Shown here in pieces: positions 18,816 to 27,986 of a stretch of 32,635 nucleotides of DNA. The position numbers and the translations under genes were made by a program. Position 1 is the first letter of the stretch. Every line of letters starts with the position of its first letter. The stretch is from a virus, in UHGV virus genome UHGV-0186667. One strand, 5' to 3'. The notes beneath the pieces are model-generated. The model saw nothing but the letters and a program-made list of their open reading frames with translations, did not search any database and was not told the DNA's origin.

Positions 18816-19209
18816 AGCGGTGCCTTATGTCCGCAATAACCCGGACAAACTGCATCTGTTTGTGGATAACGGTTCGCTGGTTGCCACGGGGGCCAGCTCC
18901 ATGTCATGGGAGTACCGCTATACCCTGAACGTGGTGATAGAGGATTTCAGCGGCGACCAGAATCTGCTGATGGCCCCGGTTTTACTGTGGCTTCGGGATA
19001 ACCAGCCCGATGCCATCAATAACCCGGCGTTACGGGAAAAGCTATTCACCTTTGAGGTGGATATTTTGCGCAACGATGTCTGTGATATCAGCCTTAACCT
19101 GCAACTGACGGAACGTGTGCTGGTCAGTACTGACGGCAGTGTGTCGAGCGTTGAAGCTGTAGCAGAACCCGATGAACCTGAAGAAATGTGGACGGTGAAA
19201 CGTGGCTGA
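18778..19209 (+). CDS. R: Tail completion protein R
   Basis: Resembles P2 gpR (KP.SLR.AL...FVDNG). No ATG is present; GTG 18778 is the likely start, while the ORF track begins at TTG 18757. Confidence 0.7.
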   Translation: MNKPQSLRHALNKAVPYVRNNPDKLHLFVDNGSLVATGASSMSWEYRYTLNVVIEDFSGDQNLLMAPVLLWLRDNQPDAINNPALREKLFTFEVDILRNDVCDISLNLQLTERVLVSTDGSVSSVEAVAEPDEPEEMWTVKRG

Positions 19210-19648
19210 ACTGCAGAAGGTGGACGACTGGCTGAGTGCCTTGCTGGCGAATCTGGAACCAGCCAAGAGAAGCAGCATGATGCGCCAGCTGGCGCAGGAA
19301 CTGCGCCGGACACAGCAGCAGAATATCAGGATGCAGCGCAATCCAGATGGCAGCAGTTATGAACCGCGCAGGGTAACAGCACGCAGCAAAAAAGGCCGCA
19401 TCAAACGTCAGATGTTTGCAAAGCTGCGCACCACAAAATACCTGAAAACTGCCGCCAGCGCCGACTCTGCCAGCGTACACTTTGAAGGCAAGGTGCAGCG
19501 TATTGCCCGTGTTCACCATTACGGCCTGCGTGATCGCGTCAGTCGCAAAGGACCGGAGGTCCGTTACGCAGAGCGCCGCCTGCTGGGTGTAAATGATGAT
19601 GTTGAGGCAATGACCCGCGACATGATTCTGCAATGGCTGGCGGGGTGA
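19202..19648 (+). CDS. S: Tail completion protein S
   Basis: 148 aa (P2 S is about 150), directly after R. Confidence 0.75.
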   Translation: MAELQKVDDWLSALLANLEPAKRSSMMRQLAQELRRTQQQNIRMQRNPDGSSYEPRRVTARSKKGRIKRQMFAKLRTTKYLKTAASADSASVHFEGKVQRIARVHHYGLRDRVSRKGPEVRYAERRLLGVNDDVEAMTRDMILQWLAG

Positions 19649-19652
19649 TCTT

Positions 19653-19670
19653 TGTATCAGCAGTGATACA
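19653..19670. promoter_or_regulatory. Candidate late promoter dyad upstream of V
   Basis: TGTATCAGCAGTGATACA, part of a longer palindrome TTGTATCA-GCAG-TGATACAA, 47 bp upstream of the V start. Could also act as a terminator for the S operon. Confidence 0.4.
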
Positions 19671-19716
19671 AGTTGCAGCACTGCCGCCTTTCTTCCCCTG
19701 ATGGCAACCTTTCCCT

Positions 19717-20295
19717 ATGAACGCACAATTAACCGAAATCATGCGCCTTATCACCAACCTGATTCGCACAGGGGTAGTCACCGAAGTGGACAGGGAAAAC
19801 TGGCTTTGCCGGGTGAAAACGGGCGAGCTTGAAACCAACTGGATTAGCTGGCTGACGCTGCGTGCCGGGAATGCCCGCACATGGTGGCGACCATCGGAAG
19901 GTGAGCAGGTGGTGCTGCTGAGTCTGGGCGGCAATCTGGAAACCGCCTTTGCGCTGCCCGCTGTCTATTCGAATCAGTTCGCACCACCGTCGACGTCGGC
20001 GGACGCCTGCGTGACAGAACATCCTGACGGTGGCTGGTTTGAATACGAACCCGCCACCGGGCGCTGGTATGTCAGGGGCATCAAATCAATGGTCATTGAA
20101 GCCGCTGACAACATCACCATGAAAACCAGTGAGTTTGTACTGGAGGCTGACCACACGCGTATTAACAGCGAAGTGGTGATCAATGGTGGCGTTACCCAGG
20201 GCGGCGGAGCGATGAGTTCTAACGGGATCGTGGTTGATGCGCATCAGCATACTGACGTCCTGAAAGGCGGCGATACAACCGGAGGCCCGGTATGA
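19717..20295 (+). CDS. V: Baseplate spike protein (P2 gpV)
   Basis: 192 aa; N-terminal region aligns by eye with P2 V (IRTG, WLTLRAG..RTWW.PS.GEQV). Confidence 0.85.
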   Translation: MNAQLTEIMRLITNLIRTGVVTEVDRENWLCRVKTGELETNWISWLTLRAGNARTWWRPSEGEQVVLLSLGGNLETAFALPAVYSNQFAPPSTSADACVTEHPDGGWFEYEPATGRWYVRGIKSMVIEAADNITMKTSEFVLEADHTRINSEVVINGGVTQGGGAMSSNGIVVDAHQHTDVLKGGDTTGGPV

Positions 20296-20651
20296 CGCTT
20301 TATATCGGGATGAACAATACCAGCGGTAAAACCATTACTGATATTGACCATCTGCGTCAGTCGGTGCGGGACATTCTACTGACACCGCAGGGTAGCCGCA
20401 TTGCCCGTCGTGAATATGGTTCCCTGCTGTCGTCGCTAATAGACCAGCCACAAAATCCGGCATTACGCCTGCAGGTCATGTCGGCAGTGTATGTGGCGCT
20501 GAGTCGCTGGGAGCCACGGATGACGCTGGATTCCATCACCATCAACAGCAATTTTGACGGTTCAATGGTGGTGGCGCTGAGCGGGCGGCGTAATAACGGT
20601 GTGCCTGTTTCCCTTTCCGTATCAACAGGAGCAGAGAATGGCAGTGATTGA
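20292..20651 (+). CDS. W: Baseplate wedge protein (P2 gpW)
   Basis: 119 aa (P2 W is about 115). Confidence 0.8.
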   Translation: MTLYIGMNNTSGKTITDIDHLRQSVRDILLTPQGSRIARREYGSLLSSLIDQPQNPALRLQVMSAVYVALSRWEPRMTLDSITINSNFDGSMVVALSGRRNNGVPVSLSVSTGAENGSD

Positions 20652-21546
20652 CCTTTCGCAGTTGCCTGCGCCGCAGATTGTGGATGTGCCGGACTTTGAG
20701 ACGCTGCTTGCCGAACGCAAGGCCGAATTTGTTGCGCTTCACCCGAAAGATGAGCAGGAAGCAGTGATCCGCACGCTGGAACTGGAATCTGAACCCGTCA
20801 CCAAATTGCTGCAGGAGAACGCTTACCGTGAGTTGCTTCTGCGCCAGCGCATTAACGAAGCCGCGCAGGCTGTGATGGCGGCTTACGCGATGGGCAGCGA
20901 TCTTGACCAGCTCGCTGCCAACTACAACGTAAAACGCCTGACGGTGACGCCTGCTGATAATGACGCTGTGCCGCCCGTTGCAGCTGTGATGGAAAGCGAT
21001 GAAGCGTTACGCCTGCGTGTGCCTGCAGCCTTTGAAGGGCTTTCAGTTGCGGGGCCAACTGCAGCTTATGAATTTCATGCCCGAAGCGCCGACGGTCGGG
21101 TGGCGGATGCCAGTGCAACCAGCCCGGCACCTGCAGAGGTGGTGCTGACTGTCCTTAGCCGCGAAGGCGATGGAACTGCAGAAAAAGACCTGCTGGACGT
21201 GGTGGAAAAAGCTCTGAACAGTGAGAACGTCCGCCCGGTGGCTGACCGTCTTACGGTTCGCAGCGCAGAAATCATCCCGTATCGCGTGGAAGCCACCATT
21301 TTTCTCTATCCTGGACCGGAAGCAGAGCCGGTAATGGCAGCGGCAAAAGCCAGCCTGCAGAAGTACATCGCCAGTCAGACGCGTCTTGGTCGGGATATTC
21401 GCCGTAGCGCCATCTTTGCCGCCCTGCATGTTGAGGGTGTGCAGCGTGTGGAGCTGGCTTCTCCTCTGGCGGATGTGGTCCTGAACAAAACACAGGCGGC
21501 ATCATGTACGCAGTGGAGCATAACCAACGGAGGAACGGATGAATAG
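20638..21546 (+). CDS. J: Baseplate protein J
   Basis: Start set to ATG 20638, giving 302 aa, the same length as P2 J; overlaps the W stop. Confidence 0.8.
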   Translation: MAVIDLSQLPAPQIVDVPDFETLLAERKAEFVALHPKDEQEAVIRTLELESEPVTKLLQENAYRELLLRQRINEAAQAVMAAYAMGSDLDQLAANYNVKRLTVTPADNDAVPPVAAVMESDEALRLRVPAAFEGLSVAGPTAAYEFHARSADGRVADASATSPAPAEVVLTVLSREGDGTAEKDLLDVVEKALNSENVRPVADRLTVRSAEIIPYRVEATIFLYPGPEAEPVMAAAKASLQKYIASQTRLGRDIRRSAIFAALHVEGVQRVELASPLADVVLNKTQAASCTQWSITNGGTDE

Positions 21547-22144
21547 TCTGCTGCCACCGGGTTCAACACCACTGGAGCGCCGACTGGCGCAAACCTGCAG
21601 CGGGATTTCTGATCTGCAGGTGCCGCTTCGTGATTTGTGGAATCCGGCAACCTGTCCGGTCAGTTTCCTGCCTTATCTCGCCTGGGCGTTCTCTGTGGAT
21701 CGCTGGGACGAGGGCTGGACAGAAAGCGTCAAGCGCCAGGTGGTGAAGGATGCTTTTTATATTCATCAGCATAAAGGGACCACCAGTGCCGTGCGGCGGG
21801 TGGTGGAGCCGTTCGGATTCCTGATCCGCATTATTGAGTGGTGGCAGACCGGAGAGGCACCGGGCACGTTTCGCCTGGATATCGGCGTGCAGGACCAGGG
21901 CATCACTGAAGATACCTATCTGGAACTTGAGCGACTGATAAGCGATGCCAAACCATGTAGCCGCCACATGATCGGCATGTCCATCAATCTGCAGACCAGC
22001 GGCCCGCATTGGGTGGGAGCCGCCAGCTATCTTGGCGAAGAAATCACGATCTATCCGTATATCAACGAAACAATTATTTCCGGCGGCACCGCGCATGAAG
22101 GCGGGGCGGTCCATGTTATTGACACAATGAGAGTGAATCCATGA
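21539..22144 (+). CDS. I: Baseplate protein I
   Basis: 201 aa between J and the tail fibre gene. Confidence 0.8.
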   Translation: MNSLLPPGSTPLERRLAQTCSGISDLQVPLRDLWNPATCPVSFLPYLAWAFSVDRWDEGWTESVKRQVVKDAFYIHQHKGTTSAVRRVVEPFGFLIRIIEWWQTGEAPGTFRLDIGVQDQGITEDTYLELERLISDAKPCSRHMIGMSINLQTSGPHWVGAASYLGEEITIYPYINETIISGGTAHEGGAVHVIDTMRVNP

Positions 22145-23544
22145 GCACAAAATTTTATACCCTGCTGACGGATATTGGCGCGGAGAAACTTGCCAGCGCC
22201 GCCGCGCTCGGTGTGCCGCTAAAAATTACCCATATGGCGGTGGGCGATGGTGGCGGAACATTGCCGACGCCGGACGCAAAGCAGAGTGCACTGGTAAATG
22301 AGAAACGTCGGGCTGCGCTGAATATGCTCTATATCGACCCACAGAACAGCAGCCAGATTATTGCTGAACAGGTGATCCCTGAAAACGAGGGCGGTTGGTG
22401 GATACGTGAAGTGGGCCTGTTTGATGAATCCGGGGCATTGATTGCCGTGGGAAACTGCCCGGAAAGCTATAAGCCGCAACTGGCTGAAGGTAGCGGGCGC
22501 ACTCAGACCGTGCGCATGGTGCTGATTACCAGCAGCACGGACAATATCACCCTGAAAATCGACCCTGCTGTAGTGCTGGCAACCCGCAAGTATGTGGATG
22601 ACAAGGCACTGGAGCTGAAGGTGTACGCGGATGATCAGATGGCAAAACATCTTGCCGCACCGGACCCGCATTCACAGTATGCACCCAAAGAAAGTCCGAC
22701 GTTTACCGGGACACCCAAAGCGCCAACGCCAGCAGCAGGGAATAACACCACGCAGATTGCGACCACCGCGTTTGTTCAGGCGGCTCTGACGGCTCTTATT
22801 AATGGTGCGCCAGCCACGCTGGACACGCTGAAAGAAATAGCCGCAGCCATTAACAATGATCCGAAATTCAGTACCACCATTAACAATGCACTGGCACTGA
22901 AAGCGCCGCTGTCGAGTCCGGCACTCACCGGAACGCCAACCGCACCTACTGCGGCACAGTCGGTCAACAATACACAGATTGCCACCACGGCATTTGTGAA
23001 ATCGGCGATTGCGGCAATGGTGGGTTCTGCACCTGCGGCACTGGATACACTCAACGAACTGGCGGCGGCACTGGGGAATGACCCGAACTTTGCCACGACA
23101 ATGCTTAATGCACTGGCAGGTAAACAACCGCTGGACAATACGCTGACTAATTTGAGTGGAAAGGATGTAGCTGGTCTTCTCACATACCTTGGTTTGGGAG
23201 AAGCAGCGAAAATGCCTGCTGCGACAGCATTAGCCAGCAGTGCAGGTAACATCACTATTCCAGTATTAATTGGTGGAGTACAACGAACAGCATTGCTTCA
23301 GTGGAAGACGCTATCAGTGCCGCAATCTACCGACGGTAATATGGTCGTTGTTGATGGCTCATGGCCGGTTGCCTTTCCTAATGCTTGCCTTTCCATCAAT
23401 CCTTCGCTGGTCAATTCTGTGATCTACGCGACTAATGGAGCCCCTTTTGTTAGCGCAGCGATTGTTGACCGGGTCAAATTCAAAGCCGCTTGCGCATACA
23501 CGAAATCTAATTCAACAGTGGCAGTATGGGGAGTGGGATATTAA
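22141..23544 (+). CDS. H: Tail fibre protein H; the C-terminal ~118 aa lie inside the invertible segment
   Basis: N-terminus resembles P2 H (MAVGDGGG) and later blocks (NDPNFATTMLNALAGKQP) match P2 H repeats. The crossover site sits at codons YLGLGE. Confidence 0.8.
   Translation: MSTKFYTLLTDIGAEKLASAAALGVPLKITHMAVGDGGGTLPTPDAKQSALVNEKRRAALNMLYIDPQNSSQIIAEQVIPENEGGWWIREVGLFDESGALIAVGNCPESYKPQLAEGSGRTQTVRMVLITSSTDNITLKIDPAVVLATRKYVDDKALELKVYADDQMAKHLAAPDPHSQYAPKESPTFTGTPKAPTPAAGNNTTQIATTAFVQAALTALINGAPATLDTLKEIAAAINNDPKFSTTINNALALKAPLSSPALTGTPTAPTAAQSVNNTQIATTAFVKSAIAAMVGSAPAALDTLNELAAALGNDPNFATTMLNALAGKQPLDNTLTNLSGKDVAGLLTYLGLGEAAKMPAATALASSAGNITIPVLIGGVQRTALLQWKTLSVPQSTDGNMVVVDGSWPVAFPNACLSINPSLVNSVIYATNGAPFVSAAIVDRVKFKAACAYTKSNSTVAVWGVGY
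23177..23202. repeat. Inversion crossover site (gix/hix-like), left
   Basis: TTCTCACATACCTTGGTTTGGGAGAA: two 12-bp half-sites around a central dinucleotide. Its right 14 nt are an exact inverted copy of the start of the site at 25008. Confidence 0.7.
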
Positions 23545-23987
23545 TGGTCGACTATGTATTCAGCCCGACGGAAAATGCTTTTTATCTTGTGGCACTGAAA
23601 TATGATTATTTAACTGCTGGCACATGGCCGTCAGACGGCATCAATATAAATGCTGAAGATGCACTGGTTTTCATGGGAAACGCTCCTGAGGGTAAAATGC
23701 GTGGCATTGGTGATGATGGGTTGCCTTGCTGGGTAGATCTTCCGTCACCTACGCATAAAGAACAACTTGCTGCGGCTGACTCAGAGAAAAAGTCGAGAAT
23801 TGACCATGCCAACGAATACATGAACGGTAAGCAATGGCCTGGTAAAGCAGCTATCGGTCGTCTGAAAGGTGAGGAACTGGCACAATATAATTTGTGGCTG
23901 GATTATCTGGACGCACTGGAGCTGATCGATACTTCCGGTGCGCCAGATATTGAATGGCCTACGCCTCCGGCAGTTCAGGCCAGATGA
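23526..23987 (+). CDS. G: Tail fibre assembly protein (chaperone for the current orientation)
   Basis: 153 aa with C-terminal motif LDYLDAL...WPTPP typical of tail-fibre assembly proteins. Confidence 0.75.
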   Translation: MGSGILMVDYVFSPTENAFYLVALKYDYLTAGTWPSDGININAEDALVFMGNAPEGKMRGIGDDGLPCWVDLPSPTHKEQLAAADSEKKSRIDHANEYMNGKQWPGKAAIGRLKGEELAQYNLWLDYLDALELIDTSGAPDIEWPTPPAVQAR

Positions 23988-24561
23988 CATCCGGCGCTGT
24001 GCTGGTATCTGTTGCCGTCACCGCGTCAATGTAATCCAGCACAGCGTTAAGGCGGATTGTTTCTGCCTGCGTCAGCTTCCGTCCGGCCTGTAATTTCAGT
24101 TGAATCAGACTGATGGAGGCCATTGCAGTATCAATCAGCAACGGGCGCTGTGCTTCTGCTGCATCTACTGCTGCGCCGTGCTGTGCCTCGGTATCTGTCA
24201 CCCATTTCTCACCATTCCATTCATCGTATGGCGTTAACGGGGCGATAGTGGTTGTATTTTCAGGATAATCACCCGGAGCTGTGATTTCTTTCGATTCTCC
24301 TGTTTCGGTGCTATAGACGATTTCACCGCGATGATCTGGCACATATTCCCATGAATTTAAATTCACAGAACGACAGATTGCATAACCAACCTTATGTATG
24401 CCAGGTGCATCAAGACAGGAACATGCCGGAATACCGACACCAACAGCAAGATATTCAGTTGACGTGGAAATATATTCCCGTGTTTCACCATCGTAGTTAT
24501 AAACGGTAACATCCCCTGCCTTTGTTGCAATAAGCTCACTATTTAATATTGCTTTATGCAT
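23959..24561 (-). CDS. Alternative tail fibre assembly protein (for the inverted orientation)
   Basis: 200 aa on the minus strand with C-terminal motif LDYIDAV...WPELP; convergent with G and overlapping it by 29 nt. Confidence 0.7.
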   Translation of the reverse strand: MHKAILNSELIATKAGDVTVYNYDGETREYISTSTEYLAVGVGIPACSCLDAPGIHKVGYAICRSVNLNSWEYVPDHRGEIVYSTETGESKEITAPGDYPENTTTIAPLTPYDEWNGEKWVTDTEAQHGAAVDAAEAQRPLLIDTAMASISLIQLKLQAGRKLTQAETIRLNAVLDYIDAVTATDTSTAPDVIWPELPEA

Positions 24562-25021
24562 CAGGCTGCCCTCACGATATAGTTAAATGCAATATTACGC
24601 GGACGGTTTTCGTTTGCAGTTGGAACAACTCTGGAAGCATCAAATGTTACTCGCTTTGCATAACCACCTTTAATTGAATCAGATGAAGCATCTCCGATGA
24701 CGCTGGTTGTAAAAGCACCAGAATCAGAAGGATAGGTATTAAACCTGACATCCACTAATGCACCAATTATATTTCGAATGGCATCGCCCTGTGATGAAAG
24801 CAAGCTACGGTTAGTATCAATTCCTCTTCCGTCATCCCAGCCGCGAATAAACTCACCACGTAAATCAGGCAATTTATTTGTCGGGTAAACTTTTGCCAGT
24901 TCCGGGTATTCTTCAGCAGAAAAAGCCGCACCATTGCATTTCAGCCAGCCTGTTGGCGGAGTGGCTGAAGGCCACGGAACAGGGACACCAACAGGTAATG
25001 CAGAGCCTTCTCCCAAACCAA
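24561..25021 (-). CDS. Alternative tail fibre C-terminal exon, fused to H only after inversion
   Basis: Minus-strand frame reads GLGEGSALPVG... through the crossover site, the same GLGE junction as in H. An in-frame ATG exists at 25061, outside the segment. Confidence 0.6.
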
Positions 25022-25033
25022 CGTTTATGAAAA
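25008..25033. repeat. Inversion crossover site (gix/hix-like), right
   Basis: TTCTCCCAAACCAACGTTTATGAAAA; its first 14 nt are the exact reverse complement of the right end of the site at 23177. Confidence 0.7.
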
Positions 25034-25082
25034 TGCAGAGATAACGGCTAACTGGCATCATCTCCGGTTTTTATTCAGGGGG

Positions 25083-25655
25083 ATGATCATGCTTATTGGC
25101 TATGTACGCGTGTCAACAAATGACCAGAACACCGATTTGCAACGCAATGCACTGAACTGTGCGGGATGTGAGCGGATTTTTGAGGATAAAATCAGTGGCA
25201 CCAAGTCCGACAGACCGGGGCTGAAAAAGCTGCTCAGGACACTATCGGCAGGAGACACGCTGGTTGTCTGGAAGCTGGACAGACTGGGGCGCAGTATGCG
25301 GCATCTTGTTACGCTGATAGAAGAGCTGCGCCAGCGTGGCGTGAATTTCCGAAGCCTGACTGACAGTATTGATACCAGCACCCCAATGGGCCGTTTCTTT
25401 TTTCATGTCATGGGTGCCCTGGCTGAAATGGAACGCGAACTGATAGTTGAACGTACCAGGGCGGGGCTGGCTGCAGCTCGTGCTAAAGGCAGAGTAGGTG
25501 GACGCCGTCCTAAGTTGACCAGCGAACAGTGGGCACAGATTGGGCGTTTACTCGAGGCCGGAGAATCAAGACAGCGTATTGCACTGATTTTTGATGTAGG
25601 CGTTTCTACCATTTATCGAAAATTTCCGGCAAATAAGAACAATAAATCTCCCTGA
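25083..25655 (+). CDS. Serine DNA invertase (Gin/Hin/Cin/Pin family)
   Basis: Near-identical to Mu Gin over most of its length (LIGYVRVSTNDQNTDLQRNAL, VVWKLDRLGRSM, MGRFFFHVMGALAEMERELI). True start may be ATG 25089. Confidence 0.9.
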   Translation: MIMLIGYVRVSTNDQNTDLQRNALNCAGCERIFEDKISGTKSDRPGLKKLLRTLSAGDTLVVWKLDRLGRSMRHLVTLIEELRQRGVNFRSLTDSIDTSTPMGRFFFHVMGALAEMERELIVERTRAGLAAARAKGRVGGRRPKLTSEQWAQIGRLLEAGESRQRIALIFDVGVSTIYRKFPANKNNKSP

Positions 25656-25703
25656 ATCAGCTTTATTTTGATTATCCCTGAAAGCAGACAAATACCGTCA
25701 TTT

Positions 25704-25721
25704 TGTGTGAATAACGGTACA
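25704..25721. promoter_or_regulatory. Late promoter activator site (Ogr-type TGT-N12-ACA dyad) upstream of FI
   Basis: TGTGTGAATAACGGTACA, centred about 85 bp upstream of the FI start; closely resembles the dyad at 13745. Confidence 0.5.
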
Positions 25722-25797
25722 ACTGCGTTTAGCTGTTTGTCAGGCACAATCATTTCAACATAGGGCGAAGCCTAATCCAATCAGGAGGTTCGCCACT

Positions 25798-26970
25798 ATG
25801 GCTCAGGATTACCACCACGGGGTGCGCGTTGTTGAAGTCAACGAAGGCACCCGATCCATTACCACGGTGAGCACCGCCATCGTGGGTATGGTCTGCACGG
25901 GCGATGATGCCGATGCAAAAATGTTTCCTCTTAATAAACCTGTGCTGATCACTGATGTGCTGACCGCCAGCGGTAAAGCGGGTGAGTCTGGCACGCTGGC
26001 CCGTTCGCTGGATGCCATCGCTGACCAGGCAAAACCCGTGACCGTTGTTGTGCGTGTGCCGCAGGGTGAAACGGAAGAAGAAACCACAACCAATATCATT
26101 GGCGCAGTGACCGCCGAGGGTAAAAAAACAGGTATGAAAGCCCTGTTATCTGCCCAGGCACAGCTCGGCGTTAAACCGCGCATTCTCGGCGTGCCAGGTC
26201 ACGACACGAAGGCGGTAGCTACTGAGTTGCTGAGCGTGGCGCAAAGCCTGCGTGGATTTGCTTACCTGTCAGCGTATGGTTGCAAGACGGTGCAGGAAGC
26301 AATCACTTACCGTGAAAACTTCAGTCAGCGTGAAGGAATGCTGATCTGGCCCGACTTTACTGGCTGGGACACGGTGCTGAATGCCGAAGCAACGGCTTAT
26401 GCCACCGCCCGTGCGCTCGGTCTGCGCGCTAAAATTGATGAGCAGACCGGATGGCACAAAAGCCTGTCCAACGTGGGCGTGAACGGTGTCACCGGAATTT
26501 CTGCTGATGTGTTCTGGGATCTGCAGGACCCGGCAACCGATGCAGGTCTGCTTAACCAGAACGATATCACCACGCTTATCCGCAAAGACGGTTTCCGCTT
26601 CTGGGGTTCCCGCTGTCTGAGCGATGATCCGCTCTTTGCCTTCGAAAACTACACCCGCACGGCGCAGGTGCTGATGGACACGATGGCAGAAGCGCACATG
26701 TGGGCAGTGGACAAACCGCTGAACCCGTCGCTGGCCCGCGACATTATCGAAGGTATCCGCGCCAAAATGCGTAGCCTGGTCAGTCAGGGCTATCTCATTG
26801 GTGGTGATTGCTGGCTGGACGAGTCGGTGAACGATAAAGACACGCTGAAAGCCGGGAAGCTCACCATAGATTACGACTACACGCCAGTGCCGCCACTTGA
26901 AAACCTGATGCTGCGTCAGCGCATCACCGATCAGTACCTGGTGAATTTCTCCAGCCAGGTCAGCGCGTAA
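25798..26970 (+). CDS. FI: Tail sheath protein (P2 gpFI)
   Basis: 390 aa; aligns closely by eye with P2 FI ([46 protein letters not shown]). Confidence 0.9.
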   Translation: MAQDYHHGVRVVEVNEGTRSITTVSTAIVGMVCTGDDADAKMFPLNKPVLITDVLTASGKAGESGTLARSLDAIADQAKPVTVVVRVPQGETEEETTTNIIGAVTAEGKKTGMKALLSAQAQLGVKPRILGVPGHDTKAVATELLSVAQSLRGFAYLSAYGCKTVQEAITYRENFSQREGMLIWPDFTGWDTVLNAEATAYATARALGLRAKIDEQTGWHKSLSNVGVNGVTGISADVFWDLQDPATDAGLLNQNDITTLIRKDGFRFWGSRCLSDDPLFAFENYTRTAQVLMDTMAEAHMWAVDKPLNPSLARDIIEGIRAKMRSLVSQGYLIGGDCWLDESVNDKDTLKAGKLTIDYDYTPVPPLENLMLRQRITDQYLVNFSSQVSA

Positions 26971-26979
26971 GGGGACAAC

Positions 26980-27495
26980 ATGGCTTTACCACGCAAATTA
27001 AAACACCTGAACCTGTTTAACGACGGGAACAACTGGCAGGGGATCGTTGAGTCGCTGACGCTGCCGAAATTCACCCGCAAATATGAGAAGTATCGCGGCG
27101 GCGGTATGCCCGGAGCGGTGGATGTGGATCTGGGACTGGATGACAGTGCACTGGATACAGAATTTTCCATTGGTGGTACTGAACTGCTGCTGTTTAAGCA
27201 GATGGGCAAAGCCACGGTGGATGGCATCCAGCTGCGCTTTACCGGCTCTATTCAGCGTGACGATACCGGGGAAGTGCAGGCCGTGGAGCTTGTGGTGCGT
27301 GGACGTCACAAAGAAGTAGATTCCGGCGAGTGGAAGACGGGCGAAAGCAACACTACCAAAGTGACCAGTACCAACAGCTACGCGAAGCTGACCATCAATG
27401 GTGAGGTGCTCTATGAAGTGGACCTGATCAACATGGTGGAAATTGTGGACGGTGTGGACCTGATGGAAGCGCACCGCAACGCCCTCGGCCTCTGA
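26980..27495 (+). CDS. FII: Tail tube protein (P2 gpFII)
   Basis: 171 aa (P2 FII is about 172), directly after the sheath gene. Confidence 0.9.
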   Translation: MALPRKLKHLNLFNDGNNWQGIVESLTLPKFTRKYEKYRGGGMPGAVDVDLGLDDSALDTEFSIGGTELLLFKQMGKATVDGIQLRFTGSIQRDDTGEVQAVELVVRGRHKEVDSGEWKTGESNTTKVTSTNSYAKLTINGEVLYEVDLINMVEIVDGVDLMEAHRNALGL

Positions 27496-27549
27496 TGTAT
27501 CTGAACGGCGCGGAATGCCGCGCCAGAACCTAATTTACAGGACAACAAA

Positions 27550-27852
27550 ATGAGCGATAAGCAGACTGAAAAGACCATTCAACTGGATACTCCCATCATG
27601 CGCGGTAAAACAGAAATTACCGAAATTGTGTTGCGTAAACCGCAGTCCGGTGCGCTGCGCGGCACACGCCTGCAGGCCATTATGGATATGGATGTGAACG
27701 CGATGATGACCGTGATCCCCCGCATCTCCAGTCCGGCACTGACTGCACAGGAAATTGCAGAGATGGACCCGGCAGATCTCACTGCCATGTCGGTTGAGGT
27801 TGTCACTTTTTTGTTGAAGAAGTCGGTGCTTGCCGGTTTACCGACAGCCTGA
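27550..27852 (+). CDS. E: Tail assembly chaperone E
   Basis: 100-aa ORF before the tape-measure gene, ending just after a T TTT TTG slippery heptamer. Confidence 0.8.
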   Translation: MSDKQTEKTIQLDTPIMRGKTEITEIVLRKPQSGALRGTRLQAIMDMDVNAMMTVIPRISSPALTAQEIAEMDPADLTAMSVEVVTFLLKKSVLAGLPTA

Positions 27853-27986
27853 CGGTTGACGATCTGGTGGCTGATATCGCCACCATCTTTCACTGGCCGC
27901 CATCCGTTACTGACGTTATGCCGCTGACCGAAGTGCTGGAATGGCGGTATAAAGCGATTCAGAGAAGCGGGGCCAGCCATGAGTGA
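27550..27986 (+). CDS. Tail assembly chaperone E+E' (-1 frameshift product)
   Basis: Reading the -1 frame from the heptamer gives an open frame to TGA at 27984-27986, overlapping the T start (ATG 27979). The zero frame leaves an otherwise non-coding 126-nt gap. Confidence 0.65.
27807..27813 (+). other. Programmed -1 frameshift slippery heptamer T TTT TTG
   Basis: TTTTTTG sits in the zero frame as TTT TTG near the 3' end of E, the same heptamer and position as in P2 E/E'. Confidence 0.7.

Larger units (their letters stand above)
23190..25021. other. Invertible tail-fibre host-range segment, about 1.8 kb
   Basis: Bounded by inverted crossover sites; carries two alternative fibre C-terminal exons and two convergent tail-fibre assembly genes; invertase gene immediately outside. 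Confidence 0.65.

Noticed and set aside
19124-19681. 185-aa minus-strand ORF
   Set aside because: Antisense across tail completion genes R and S, which match P2 synteny.
22672-23255. Two overlapping minus-strand ORFs (151 and 159 aa)
   Set aside because: Antisense inside tail fibre gene H, in a region with repetitive Ala/Thr-rich sequence.
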